The position numbers were made by a program, and so were the translations under genes. Source: Ferroglobus placidus DSM 10642 (GTDB lineage: Archaea > Halobacteriota > Archaeoglobi > Archaeoglobales > Archaeoglobaceae). Taken from it: DNA of 32,000 bases. The notes beneath the pieces are model-generated. The model did not search any database. It had not been told where the DNA came from and saw nothing but the letters and a program-made list of their open reading frames with translations. The DNA is taken from positions 1,410,001-1,442,000 of the forward strand of contig NC_013849.1 of NCBI RefSeq assembly GCF_000025505.1, given 5' to 3'. Below are positions 1 to 9,108 of the stretch, in pieces. Within the stretch, counting starts at the first letter, position 1. Every line of letters starts with the position of its first letter.

Positions 1-223
1 CCAAAGCGAGTTTCATTCTCCTCTCTGTTCCGAAAGCGTTCAAAAGCACAGGAATGTCGTAACCCTTTGGATTTTCGAAGAGTAAGGCTTTTCCTCCCCT
101 TTTTACGACTCTATCTGCTATTTCCGTCATTTCGAGAATCGGGCTGACCTCGTGCTTTATTCTTGCAAGCTCGTTCTCCTCTTCAAGCCTATCGATGAAC
201 TCCCTGAGGTCTTCGTACGGCAT
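1..223 (-). CDS. UbiD-family decarboxylase, N-terminal 74 codons only (gene runs off the window start)
   Basis: Own translation of the minus strand from ATG 223..221 gives MPYEDLREFIDRLEEENELARIKHEVSPILEMTEIADRVVKRGGKALLFENPKGYDIPVLLNAFGTERRMKLAL. This matches the conserved UbiD N-terminus (EITEIADR, ALLFENPKGY, PVL.N.FGT). It is absent from the ORF track because the window edge truncates it. Confidence 0.8.
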   Translation of the reverse strand, partial: MPYEDLREFIDRLEEENELARIKHEVSPILEMTEIADRVVKRGGKALLFENPKGYDIPVLLNAFGTERRMKLAL

Positions 224-496
224 GACAGTTTTTAAAGAAGGAAATGATAAAAAGCTTGTGTTATCGGAGTGGCTGACTTCTTTACGCGCGTCTTAATCTA
301 TCTGCAGCGAAGATAAATTAAATCTTTGACAGTTTGTCTGCGTTGATAGCTTTTGGACGAATTTACAGATGACCAGCACATTGTAAGTCAAGCATTGTTA
401 TACAACATGCCTGGAAAACTTTCTCCTACGTCTCCCCCGTATTTAAGCGTTGAAGAACAACGTCCAAATCCCCTTTAAACTTGTCAAACTTCTTCT

Positions 497-1132
497 TCAG
501 AACTCGAAAAGCTTCTTCTGTCCGAACTTCTTTCTGAGGTTCTCTACAGTCTTCCACCTCTTCCTAACTATCTCGGGAATTTTCCCTCTTTTAATCTGCT
601 CTTCGAGCCACCTTCTTGTCTTCTCATCAGAAGCGTAACCGCTTCCGAAGTCTCCGTACTCTCTTTTTAGTTCCTCGATTATCTCATCTCTCAGACACTT
701 GGCAATTATGGATGCGGCAGCGACGACAACTTCCCTTTCCCCTTCGTGCATCGCAACAACCTTTTTCCCCGTTAGCCGCTTCAGCTCTTCCTCAAGCCTT
801 TCCGGCTTTACGTCGAAGCTGTCCACGAAGACAACATCCGGATTTAGCTTGGAAATTATTTCCACGCAAGCTTCCTTTAAAATTTCGTTTATCGTCGTTT
901 TTTCCATTTTCGAGTTCAGTTCTTCTGGAGAGATTACGATCGTTTCATGTTCAACAATCTCTTTCAGCTTTTCCGCGAGTTCTTTCCTTTTCTCTGGACT
1001 TAGCCTTTTAGAATCTTTCACTCCGAGTTTTTTTAAAGCTTCAACATCCTTCTCCTCGCATGAGACTCCGCAAACGACTAATGGTCCGATGACAGGACCT
1101 TTTCCAGCCTCGTCTATCCCGGCGATTTTCAT
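497..1132 (-). CDS. rnhB: Ribonuclease HII
   Basis: 211 aa. The N-terminus MKIAGIDEAGKGPVIGPLVVCGV carries the RNase HII catalytic DEAG(K/R)G motif, followed by DSK and a later D. It starts 1 nt downstream of the srp54 stop. Confidence 0.93.
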   Translation of the reverse strand: MKIAGIDEAGKGPVIGPLVVCGVSCEEKDVEALKKLGVKDSKRLSPEKRKELAEKLKEIVEHETIVISPEELNSKMEKTTINEILKEACVEIISKLNPDVVFVDSFDVKPERLEEELKRLTGKKVVAMHEGEREVVVAAASIIAKCLRDEIIEELKREYGDFGSGYASDEKTRRWLEEQIKRGKIPEIVRKRWKTVENLRKKFGQKKLFEF

Positions 1133-1133
1133 C

Positions 1134-2429
1134 TCACAGTCCTAACTTCAGTCCCTTTATCGGCAGCTTACCCTTCTTCAACCTCTTCATCAGATTTTTC
1201 ATCGTGTTGTAGTAATTTAGAAGCTCCTTAACGTCCTGCGGCGTCGTTCCGCTTCCTATCGCTATCCTTCTAATCCTCGAGGAGTCGATTATCTTCGGAT
1301 TTAGCAGCTCTTCTTCCGTCATCGAGTCCATGATAACCTTGAACTTTTTCATCTTCTCCTGAGTCATTTCCAACGCCTCATCGTCAACCTTCAGCGAGAA
1401 GCCGAAGGGCAGCATTTCGAAGATCTTAGAAATGGGTCCCATTTTGTTCATCGCCTCAAGCTGCTTGTAAACGTCTTTCAACGTGAACTTTCCTTTCAAG
1501 AAAGCTTCGGGATCCAATTCCTCCTCTTTAACTATCCTTTCAACCTTCTCGAGGAGAGCTTTAATATCGCCCATTCCTAACAGCCTTGAAACGAAGCCGG
1601 CTGGATCGAACTTTTCGAAATCTTCTATCTTCTCTCCAGTTCCTATGAAGGCTATTGGAATTCCTATGAGCCTCGCAGCTGACAAAGCGCCACCTCCTTT
1701 TGCCGTTCCGTCGAACTTTGTTATGACTATAGCATCTATGCCGACGGCTTCGTTGAAAGCTTCGGCTTGCTTGCTTGCGAGCTGTCCTATGGAAGCGTCT
1801 AAAACTAAGAACTTGTAATCCGGTTTTGAAACTTCCGCAATTCTCTTCATCTCCTCTATTAGCTCTTCCTCCAACGCGTGCCTTCCGGCTGTGTCGATGA
1901 CGATTACGTCGTAGTCCTTAAGTGCTTCCAAACCTTCCTTGACTATCTTAACCGCATCTTTCTCCTCCTTTTTCCCGAAAAATCCTAATCCGGCTTGTTC
2001 AGCAAGCTGTTTTAGCTGTTCGTAAGCTGCCGGGCGGTGAGTGTCTCCGGCTATTACTGCTGCTTTCATACCTTTGTCTTTGAAGTACTTGGCAATTTTT
2101 GCCGCCGTTGTCGTTTTTCCGCTACCCTGCAAACCCACGAGCATGATCTTGCTCTTCTTCAACGGAATGTCGAAGCCTTCCCCAACTCCCCTCAGAATTT
2201 CTTCGTAAACTATCTTTATTATGTGCTCCCTCGGATTTAAGCCGGAAAGAACCTCTTCGCTTAGAGCTCTCTTTTTTATAGCGTCGCTTATCTCCTTAAC
2301 CTGCCTGACGTTTACGTCAGCCTTAATCAGAGCTCTTTGCACATCCCTCACAATTTCCTCAACGAGCTTCTTATCAACGCTGGATGATCTTGCAATCTTT
2401 TTCACGACATCCTTTAAGCTTGAAAGCAT
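1134..2429 (-). CDS. srp54: Signal recognition particle 54 kDa protein (SRP54/Ffh)
   Basis: 431 aa. SRP GTPase NG-domain motifs are present (GLQGSGKTTTAAKIA, DTAGR, TKFDGTAKGGGALS), with a Met-rich M domain at the C-terminus. Confidence 0.95.
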   Translation of the reverse strand: MLSSLKDVVKKIARSSSVDKKLVEEIVRDVQRALIKADVNVRQVKEISDAIKKRALSEEVLSGLNPREHIIKIVYEEILRGVGEGFDIPLKKSKIMLVGLQGSGKTTTAAKIAKYFKDKGMKAAVIAGDTHRPAAYEQLKQLAEQAGLGFFGKKEEKDAVKIVKEGLEALKDYDVIVIDTAGRHALEEELIEEMKRIAEVSKPDYKFLVLDASIGQLASKQAEAFNEAVGIDAIVITKFDGTAKGGGALSAARLIGIPIAFIGTGEKIEDFEKFDPAGFVSRLLGMGDIKALLEKVERIVKEEELDPEAFLKGKFTLKDVYKQLEAMNKMGPISKIFEMLPFGFSLKVDDEALEMTQEKMKKFKVIMDSMTEEELLNPKIIDSSRIRRIAIGSGTTPQDVKELLNYYNTMKNLMKRLKKGKLPIKGLKLGL

Positions 2430-2469
2430 ACAGCGTAAACGTTATACTACGAGGATAAAAACTTTCCGT

Positions 2470-3414
2470 ATGAAAATAGAAAAAATCAAGCTGCCGAGCC
2501 CCTTTCCTCCGAATCACACGAACTCTTATCTAATAAACGATCTCCTTTTGGTAGACGCTGGCGTGAATTCTGAAGAGAACGTGAAAATCCTCGAAAAATT
2601 TAGCGATGACGTTATTCTCTTCCTAACTCACCCCCACGCCGATCACTTTGGTGCAGCTTATCTCTTCAAATTCGCTTACGGGCACGAAATAACGTGCAAA
2701 AGGCTGAAAGATGCCGAAGAAGAGTACTTCGAGTTGGTTTACCACCACTTCATCTCCGAGGGATTGCCGGAAAGTCTCGCTAAAAAAATGCAGGAGAGAG
2801 CAAAAGAGAGGTATAGGGGATACGTAATTCCTTGCGATAACTGCAAGAAAGCTCCGGAGAGAATAAAAGTGGACGGAGACGTTTTCGAGGTAATTCACAC
2901 TCCCGGTCACTCTTTCGGACACCTCTGCTTGTATCACAAGGAGAAGAAGATTATTTTCTGCGGAGACATAGTTCTTGAGGACATAACTCCAAATCCTGTT
3001 ATAGAGCCGATAAACGAGGAGAAAAGGCTTTGCGTTCTCGAACAATACGTAGAGACTTTGAGAAAACTTTACAGATTGGAAGTTAGAAAAGCTTACCCCG
3101 GGCACAGGGAAATAAGGAGAAACTGGAGAGAGCTAATTTTAAGCTACGTCGACAACTGGAGGAAGAGGAGTTTAGAAGTCTGGAAGCTCGCCGAGGGGAA
3201 AACGGCTTTCGAAATTGCAACGACTCTCTTCCCAGATATAAGACAGATATTCCTTGCGATGACGGAAACCATAGCTCACGCGGACTTTCTCCTTTCCAAC
3301 AACTTAATAGAGAAGAGAGGAATGAGATACTTCAGGTGCTCCGAAAGGGAGGAAGTTGAAGAAATGTGGAAAAGAATAGAAGAGAGGATAACGAGAGGAG
3401 GGCGAGATCGATAG
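2470..3414 (+). CDS. MBL-fold metallo-hydrolase
   Basis: HxHxDH motif (THPHADHFG) plus downstream TPGHSFGH and a D/H. The track ORF begins at 2221, but its first 83 codons are antisense to srp54 and low-complexity. The ATG at 2470 (MKIEKIKLPSPF...) is the first start outside srp54. Confidence 0.8.
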   Translation: MKIEKIKLPSPFPPNHTNSYLINDLLLVDAGVNSEENVKILEKFSDDVILFLTHPHADHFGAAYLFKFAYGHEITCKRLKDAEEEYFELVYHHFISEGLPESLAKKMQERAKERYRGYVIPCDNCKKAPERIKVDGDVFEVIHTPGHSFGHLCLYHKEKKIIFCGDIVLEDITPNPVIEPINEEKRLCVLEQYVETLRKLYRLEVRKAYPGHREIRRNWRELILSYVDNWRKRSLEVWKLAEGKTAFEIATTLFPDIRQIFLAMTETIAHADFLLSNNLIEKRGMRYFRCSEREEVEEMWKRIEERITRGGRDR

Positions 3415-3976
3415 CTTTTGGTTTCCTAATCTCGTAGTAAGCTTTTTCGCTGAAACCCTTGCTGTAAAGAGTTTCTCCCAAGCTTAGAGATCTTATTATC
3501 ACCGCTGCCACGAAAGCTTTAAGCATCGAATAGTATTTTCTCGCCCCTCCTCCGTAAAGAAATTTCACGTTTTCGAGGTCGTTAACAACTGTTGGAAGCA
3601 AAGCTAAGGGTATTCCGACGTAGCTGGCGAACTTTTCCGGAAATTTGAAGTAAATCAGCGCTCCGACGATTTCTGAGTACTTTGAAGACGTTATCAAAGC
3701 TCCGGAACAGAGAATACCTACGAAAGCGATAAGGACGTTGAAGCCGGAGATGAGGGAAGAGATGAAAAGAAGTAATAGAACTGGAAGGAAACCGAGAATA
3801 AACCTTAGAACTTTCCCTTTGGAGAAAAATGCGGAAATCGCTACCGAGCATAGAGATGCTGGAATGCTGAATCCGGAGAGGTATATTGAGGAAGTTAAAA
3901 AGAGCGAAGAGAGTAGAACGCACCTTCCTTCGAGGTTTCCTTCTTTGAAACCCTCTTTTAAGTTTTCGATTATCAT
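3332..3976 (-). CDS. ECF transporter transmembrane (T) component, CbiQ/BioN-like
   Basis: Multi-TM protein directly downstream of the ECF ATPase and BioY. The track ORF starts at a TTG at 3997. The ATG at 3976 forms an ATGA overlap with the ATPase stop (3973-3975), which suggests translational coupling. The family call rests on context plus TM pattern. Confidence 0.7.
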   Translation of the reverse strand: MIIENLKEGFKEGNLEGRCVLLSSLFLTSSIYLSGFSIPASLCSVAISAFFSKGKVLRFILGFLPVLLLLFISSLISGFNVLIAFVGILCSGALITSSKYSEIVGALIYFKFPEKFASYVGIPLALLPTVVNDLENVKFLYGGGARKYYSMLKAFVAAVIIRSLSLGETLYSKGFSEKAYYEIRKPKAIDLALLSLSSLLFFSTFLQLPPFRST

Positions 3977-5058
3977 ACTTCCACGACTCTGTCGCAACTA
4001 CTTGCAAGCTTTAAATCGTGAGTCGCAATTACTGCCGTTTTTCTGTATTTCCTAAGAAGGTAAAGCAGCTTTTCTCTGAAATTCACGTCCAATCCGGCGG
4101 TGGGCTCGTCGAGGAGAAGGACTTCGTGCTTGAAAGCCTTCGCAATGGCGACTTTCCTCATCTGCCCGACGCTGAGGGATTGGGGGTGTCTATTCGCTAC
4201 CTTTTCAAGCTCGAATTCCGAGAGAAAGTTTCCAGCTTCATCCTTAACCCTTTTTTCAGTAAGGTGGTACGCGGGATTTTGAAGAACGATTCCAACGTCA
4301 AGCCTTCTCATCTCTTTCGCAAGCTTTTTCAACAACATCGTTTTCCCAGCCCCGTTTTCTCCGATAACAGCCACAATTTCTCCTTTTCTGATCCTCAAAG
4401 CTCCGTCGTGAATCACTTCACCGATCTCGCTTTTAAGCTCTGGATAGCTTTTTTCTTCGATTCCGAAGTTGACAATTCTTTCGAAGCAATCGGAAAACTC
4501 TATCCTGTGTTCCGCGACGACGACCTTCTCGTCTTTCAGAATTTCGATTACTCTTTTCGCACTCCTCTCGCTTAAATGAGCGAAAGGCTCATCGAGAGCG
4601 ATTAGCTTCGAACTCGAAAGAATTGCCGAAGCTATTTCAACGAGCTGTAGCTCTCCCGTGGATAACTCGAAGGTGTATCTCTCAAGTAGGTGTGAAATTC
4701 TAAGCTCTTCAGCCAGCTCCTCAGCCTCTTTCAAAGCTTCGGATTTTTTCCAGCCTCTCTGAATTAGGGGAAAAATCAGCTCCTCTTTCACCCTCGAACA
4801 GGTTATGCTTTCCTCGGGAATCTGCTTAACGTATGCAACATCCTTTGGATTCGGCTTTCCTCCGAAAATTTTCACCGATCCTCTAAGCTCTCCCCCGTAA
4901 AAGTTCGGGATTAAACCGTTCAAAAGCTTTAATAAAGTACTTTTTCCGCTTCCGGTCGAGCCAATTATAATTTCGTTTCCGTACAGTTCGAGCTTCAAAT
5001 TTTCCAACCCGACCTCTCCGTTCGGGTAAACGTATTTCTCTACGCTAAGCTCGATCAA
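3973..5058 (-). CDS. ECF transporter ATPase, fused tandem A/A' ABC domains (BioM-like)
   Basis: 361 aa with two full motif sets. Walker A: GSTGSGKST and GENGAGKTM. Signature: LSTGE and LSVGQ. Walker B: LIALDEP and LLLDEP. H-loop: ATHD. Confidence 0.85.
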   Translation of the reverse strand: MIELSVEKYVYPNGEVGLENLKLELYGNEIIIGSTGSGKSTLLKLLNGLIPNFYGGELRGSVKIFGGKPNPKDVAYVKQIPEESITCSRVKEELIFPLIQRGWKKSEALKEAEELAEELRISHLLERYTFELSTGELQLVEIASAILSSSKLIALDEPFAHLSERSAKRVIEILKDEKVVVAEHRIEFSDCFERIVNFGIEEKSYPELKSEIGEVIHDGALRIRKGEIVAVIGENGAGKTMLLKKLAKEMRRLDVGIVLQNPAYHLTEKRVKDEAGNFLSEFELEKVANRHPQSLSVGQMRKVAIAKAFKHEVLLLDEPTAGLDVNFREKLLYLLRKYRKTAVIATHDLKLASSCDRVVEV

Positions 5059-5689
5059 CTTCCACTCCCCTCTCTCTCAGCATTTCCCACACGTACTTAA
5101 AAACGAGTACCGCAAGTAAGTGATCCACGAAAAAGTCTTGGGGAATGAAAATTAGGACGGTCGAGAAGAACAATAGGACTGCTGGAGACGTCGATTCGAA
5201 GCCGAAGAACTCGGCAGCCTTCTCAGCCCAAGCCAGAAGTTTCTCGTTAGCCAGTGCGAATTTGTAGAACACGATAAATCCGAGAAGGTAGATGGGAATT
5301 GAAGCTAAGAACGTTGATAACCAAAGAAGAACGATCTCCCTTCTATCTCCTTTCTTCCAAATTACTTCTCTGAAAATTCCTGCGAGAAGTGCTGAAATGA
5401 CGAATCCGTAGAGGAATCCTGAGGTGGGTCCGAGGAGGACTCCCAATCCTCCGCCTCCTGCTGCGAAGGGCAAACCCAAGGCTATTAAGGCTAAGTATAA
5501 AATTACAGCGAGAAATCCTTGCTTTCCCAAGAGAAATCCAGCAAGCATAACTCCGAAGTTCTGCATCGTATAGGGAACCGGACCGAGTTTGAAGTTTATT
5601 TGCGCTGAAGCGGCGATTATCAAAGCTGAGGCGATTATGAACGACACTTTTTTATAGTCAACCATGTATGTAAAAAAGTTGACGAACAT
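5045..5689 (-). CDS. bioY: Biotin ECF transporter S component BioY
   Basis: 214 aa polytopic protein with BioY-family core PYTMQNFGVMLAGFLLG...GLPFAAGGGGLGVLLGPTSGFLYGF. It overlaps the ATPase gene by 14 nt. An alternative start is the ATG at 5665 (MVDYKK). Confidence 0.85.
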   Translation of the reverse strand: MFVNFFTYMVDYKKVSFIIASALIIAASAQINFKLGPVPYTMQNFGVMLAGFLLGKQGFLAVILYLALIALGLPFAAGGGGLGVLLGPTSGFLYGFVISALLAGIFREVIWKKGDRREIVLLWLSTFLASIPIYLLGFIVFYKFALANEKLLAWAEKAAEFFGFESTSPAVLLFFSTVLIFIPQDFFVDHLLAVLVFKYVWEMLRERGVEVDRA

Positions 5690-5718
5690 TTAAGTTTTTC
5701 GAAGCTGTCATCTAAGGT

Positions 5719-6294
5719 GTGCCGAGAGTGTTTGTAAATGCCGAGTTAAGTTCCATAAAAAGCATGATCGAGGAATTTTTGAAAAGTAAAAATATAAAAT
5801 TTAAAGTTAAAAATTTTAGGACGAGATTTGGAATTAGAATGGTCGAGTACAGGGTTGGCTTGCTGAGAAGAATTAAAATAGTCGTTTACGAGTGGGGAAT
5901 GCAAGTAAGTTTTCCGAAGAAGTTTAAAGAGCTTGAGAACGTGCTATCCATTTACAGGACTTATCCTCCAAAGTTGGAGAAAGACGAGTTTTTAGATCGG
6001 TTGATCGAGCTTCAAATTTACGAGAAAAAGTTGGAAGTTGCAAGAAAAGCTTTGGTGCTTAGAATTTCAATCTCGGCAGCAGCCTCAATTATTATAGCTT
6101 TTTATAGTTTTCTTGCGGCTCTTATGTTCTTTTTAACTTTTACGACTTTGAGTCTGATCTTCCCGGCATTTAGATATTATAGTCCTACTAATCCATTTTC
6201 AGAGCCCTCTAACTTTGCCGTTCCGGTTCTGTACTTTAAGTATAAATCGAAGGTCGAGGAACTCAAAAAGTACAAGTATTTGCTGCGGAAGTGA
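5719..6294 (+). CDS. Hypothetical membrane-anchored protein
   Basis: 191-aa ORF from a GTG at 5719 (alternative ATG at 5764). It has a soluble K/E-rich N-terminal half and two hydrophobic helices (ISISAAASIIIAFYSFLAALMFFLTFTTLSLIF). No family recognised. Confidence 0.5.
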   Translation: MPRVFVNAELSSIKSMIEEFLKSKNIKFKVKNFRTRFGIRMVEYRVGLLRRIKIVVYEWGMQVSFPKKFKELENVLSIYRTYPPKLEKDEFLDRLIELQIYEKKLEVARKALVLRISISAAASIIIAFYSFLAALMFFLTFTTLSLIFPAFRYYSPTNPFSEPSNFAVPVLYFKYKSKVEELKKYKYLLRK

Positions 6295-6345
6295 TGAATT
6301 CAAAACTCTTAAAAAGTTTTTAATCCGGACGGTAAGTGTTTCTTG

Positions 6346-7305
6346 ATGAAACTTAAAAGGCACAGAAAAAATCCTATTATAGAGCCGAGGGGAGACGACT
6401 GGGAAGCTTTGGCGACTTTCAACCCGGGAGTCGCTCTAAGAGATGACAAGATCTACGTTTTCTACAGGGCTGTTGGAGAATACGTTAACTACATCTCAAG
6501 GCTCGGGCTGGCGATTTTCGATAAAGAGCTAAACCTGATAGAAAGGAAGGGCGAACCTGTTTTCGCTCCAGATTTAAAGCTGTGGGAGCTGTCGATAGAG
6601 GATGCGAGAGTAACTCAGATAAACGGCTTTTACTACTTCACGTACGTAACGACGATAACTCCGGCACCTCCTTTCGGTGTAAGGAAGAAATTTGGAATTC
6701 CAAAGCCCGAGCAGGCTTTTTCAAAGTGTGCTGTGGCTGTTACGAAAGACTTTAACAGCTTTAAGAGACTCGGAATAGTTACTCCCCACGACGCTGAAGA
6801 GAGGAACCTCGTTTTATTCCCGGAAAAGTTTAACGGAAAATTCGCAGCTCTTCATCGACCGGCTAAGTGGCTGAGCGAAAATCTGGAGAAGCCAGAGGTA
6901 AGGTTCGCGATTCTCGACATTCCGGGGGTGATAAGGGAAAGCAGAAAAGTTCTGGAGCCCGAGGAGAAGTGGGAGGAGAAGAAAGTTGGAGCCGGACCGC
7001 CGCCGATAAAAACGGAAAAAGGTTGGCTTTTAATCTACCACGGAGTCGATGAGAGGGACGTGTACAGAGCCGGAGCGGCACTTCTCGACCTGGAAAAACC
7101 TTGGAAGGTTATTTCGAAGCTGGAAAAGCCAATTTTGGAGCCGGAAAAAGAGTACGAGAGGGAAGGAGACGTTCCTAACGTTGTTTTTCCGACCGGAGCC
7201 GTTAAGATCGAGGACGAACTTCTCGTCTTTTACGGAGGAGCCGACAAGGTTTGCTGTGTGGCGAGCTGCAACATTAACGATTTAATTGACGAGCTGATAC
7301 CATGA
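6346..7305 (+). CDS. GH130-family glycosidase/phosphorylase (DUF377, PH1107-related glycosidase type)
   Basis: N-terminus KNPIIEPRGDDWEALATFNPGVALRDDKIYVFYRA, later GAGPPPIKTEKGWLLIYHGV and VFYGGAD, all typical of the 5-bladed propeller GH130/DUF377 family. ATG at 6346 is preferred over the TTG at 6343. Confidence 0.8.
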   Translation: MKLKRHRKNPIIEPRGDDWEALATFNPGVALRDDKIYVFYRAVGEYVNYISRLGLAIFDKELNLIERKGEPVFAPDLKLWELSIEDARVTQINGFYYFTYVTTITPAPPFGVRKKFGIPKPEQAFSKCAVAVTKDFNSFKRLGIVTPHDAEERNLVLFPEKFNGKFAALHRPAKWLSENLEKPEVRFAILDIPGVIRESRKVLEPEEKWEEKKVGAGPPPIKTEKGWLLIYHGVDERDVYRAGAALLDLEKPWKVISKLEKPILEPEKEYEREGDVPNVVFPTGAVKIEDELLVFYGGADKVCCVASCNINDLIDELIP

Positions 7306-8330
7306 GGATAGCGATTCTCTCAAGATGGAACTCAGCATGCGGAGTTTCGCTTTTGGCTGAGCTCGTAGGAAGGGAGTTCGCTAAGAAGCACGAAGTCGTC
7401 GTTTTCGCTCCAACGGTTATAAGAAGAGTGAGAGAGGATGAGAACTTCGTTATAAGGTGTTACAGCGATGTGGAAAGTGAGGAGAAATTCTTCAATCCCG
7501 AACCATTCCTTGAGAAAGATTACGACGTTTTCGTAGCTCAGAGAATCGAATGGACGCCGATGGAAGAAATTCTTAAAATTTTCCCCGAGATAAGAAGGAA
7601 GGCAAAAACAGTCTACATAGTCCACGAGAGAAAGCCGCCCACAAATCCGATCTTTTATAAATTTGACTGGGACGCCGTCGTTTGCTTCGATGAGAGGTAC
7701 GTTAGGCAGTGGGAGAAGACGAAGTATGGGGATAAGCTAAAAATCATTCCTTATCCGACCGGACACCTCGTTAGAGGAGATAAAGAGAAGAGCAGGAGGA
7801 AGATTGGAATAAGCGATGAAAAAATTTTGCTCAGCTACGGCTGGAAACCCGAGCTTCACGTTCTTCCAGCTTTCCCCGCTTTGAAAGAGCTTAGCAAGGA
7901 AATCGATTACAAATTCTTACTCCTCGTCGATCCGGAATCGAAGTTCGAGTTGAAGGATGAATTCGTCGAAATCAGAAGGGAAAGACCTCCTTTAGAGGAA
8001 CTCTACGAATACTTGCATGCGGCAGATGTCTGCTTGATTCACAAGGAGAAGAGTGAAGTGAGAGAAGGGGAAGTCGTCGTTTCGAGCTCGGTTTTAATGT
8101 GCCTCGGAGCTTTAACTCCGATAGTCACTTCCGACACGGAGTTCGTGTCTTTTTTGGACAGGGAAGTTATAAAGTACAGAACTCTGGAAGAACTGAAGGA
8201 AATACTCAGGGGAATTTTTGAAGGAAAGTTAGACGTTTCAGAAACGATTTCAGCGGCTGAAGAGTACGTGAAGAGAAACTGTCCGGAAGTAATAGCTTCG
8301 AGGTACGTGGAGCTTTTCGAGGAGCTTTAA
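7302..8330 (+). CDS. Glycosyltransferase-like protein (GT-B/GT4-like), paralog of 30189..31223
   Basis: 342 aa. ATGA overlap with the GH130 stop. It shares blocks with the second copy (IA(I/V)LSRWN..CGV, VFAP, DE.FV.RCY, FDERYV, IPYP, VVVSS, C.GAL.P.V). The family assignment is tentative and based on pattern only. Confidence 0.65.
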   Translation: MRIAILSRWNSACGVSLLAELVGREFAKKHEVVVFAPTVIRRVREDENFVIRCYSDVESEEKFFNPEPFLEKDYDVFVAQRIEWTPMEEILKIFPEIRRKAKTVYIVHERKPPTNPIFYKFDWDAVVCFDERYVRQWEKTKYGDKLKIIPYPTGHLVRGDKEKSRRKIGISDEKILLSYGWKPELHVLPAFPALKELSKEIDYKFLLLVDPESKFELKDEFVEIRRERPPLEELYEYLHAADVCLIHKEKSEVREGEVVVSSSVLMCLGALTPIVTSDTEFVSFLDREVIKYRTLEELKEILRGIFEGKLDVSETISAAEEYVKRNCPEVIASRYVELFEEL

Positions 8331-8725
8331 AGTCTTTCCTGTTTGTATTTCCCTACAACTTCTTCGAAATCCTTTCCCAAGTGGTAGTTGCTTTCGTCAA
8401 TCTTGTAACCTCTTTCGGTCTCTACGAGGTCGGCGACTGTAAAAAATTTCCACTTCTTTCTCGGCAGTTTGAAAGCTACCAGAGGCTTAGCTCCGAAGAG
8501 GTTTGAGAACATCACGAGCTCTCTGATTTTTTCGCCTTCTATGTATAGCGGCAGCTCTTTTCTCATTTTAACTTCGAGCGCGTAAAACGTTTTCCCGTTT
8601 CCTACGATTAAATCCGGAGAGGGGTGAGAAGAAGAACCGCTTCCGGCAACTCTCACAGCGGCAAATCCGTTATTCCAGAAAAGTTCTAAAAGCTCTCGCT
8701 CGAATCTGCTGCCCTTCCTCTTCAT
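8327..8725 (-). CDS. hjc: Holliday junction resolvase Hjc
   Basis: 132 aa. KGSRFERELLELFWNNGFAAVRVAGSG...PDLIVGNGKTFYALEVK is the archaeal Hjc PD-(D/E)XK signature (E..., PD, E.K). Confidence 0.9.
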   Translation of the reverse strand: MKRKGSRFERELLELFWNNGFAAVRVAGSGSSSHPSPDLIVGNGKTFYALEVKMRKELPLYIEGEKIRELVMFSNLFGAKPLVAFKLPRKKWKFFTVADLVETERGYKIDESNYHLGKDFEEVVGKYKQERL

Positions 8726-9108
8726 ATCTCCTCAATTTCCACGAACTTCATCTCTCTTAAATAGCCAGTCTCCACTCCTTCCTCGTTCGCTCTCCTCCTC
8801 AAGTTTTTGTCGTTGGTTATTAGCGTCGCTTTAAATTTCTTGGCTACCTGCAAAAGAGCATCGTCCGTTCCAACGGCATTGCTTTCAACGATCTCGCAAT
8901 CTTTACAGCTTTCTATCAGCTTTATCGCAAGCTTAGCAGCTCTCTTCTCTTTTCCGGTTAAAGAAATGCTGAGGTTTTTCAACTCCTCGAAGACCTTATC
9001 GGGGATTAAAAATTTCTTAAATCCGAGTTCTCTTAGCTGATCGAGTATGTCAACTTTTTGGGTGAAAACGTAAATCAGAACGTTGGTGTCTAAAACAGCA
9101 GATTTCAC
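8722..9108 (-). CDS. PIN-domain protein, Fcf1/Utp24-like (COG1412 type)
   Basis: VLDTNVLIY...FEEL...TDDALL...[12 protein letters not shown] carries the PIN acidic residues and the TNDk.Lr motif of archaeal Fcf1 homologs. The track ORF starts at 9138 inside the aIF2-gamma gene. The GTG at 9108 gives a GTGA overlap with the aIF2-gamma stop. The protein's stop forms an ATGA overlap with the hjc start. Confidence 0.8.
   Translation of the reverse strand: MKSAVLDTNVLIYVFTQKVDILDQLRELGFKKFLIPDKVFEELKNLSISLTGKEKRAAKLAIKLIESCKDCEIVESNAVGTDDALLQVAKKFKATLITNDKNLRRRANEEGVETGYLREMKFVEIEEI

Noticed and set aside
224-496. A 273-bp intergenic region upstream of the UbiD gene, checked for a C/D-box sRNA (ATGATAA ... 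CTGA near 240-285) or a small ORF
   Set aside because: The C box is imperfect (no RUGAUGA), there is no C'/D' pair, and the spacing is too short. The only ORFs are 5-23 codons long. The region probably holds just the promoter (TTTTTATC about 25 nt upstream of ATG 223) and the rnhB terminator. It would need RNA-seq to revisit.
450-1145. Plus-strand ORFs 450..638, 616..1011 and 699..1145, antisense to rnhB
   Set aside because: They are low-complexity S/F/L-rich translations lying entirely within a well-supported RNase HII gene, so they are shadow ORFs. The same reasoning applies to the other antisense track ORFs inside srp54, the ECF genes, aIF2-gamma, the tup genes, DUF499, DUF1156, the nuclease, the helicase, the GT and PRK.
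2221-2469. 5' extension of the MBL hydrolase ORF back to 2221
   Set aside because: The extension is antisense to the srp54 N-terminus and reads as low-complexity sequence. The ATG at 2470, just outside srp54, is the sensible start.
3332-3414. An 83-nt convergent overlap between the MBL hydrolase 3' end and the ECF T-component 3' end
   Set aside because: Both stops are fixed by the sequence and both ORFs look real. Convergent overlaps are tolerated in compact archaeal genomes, and I see no additional signal such as a hairpin or repeat to suggest a function.
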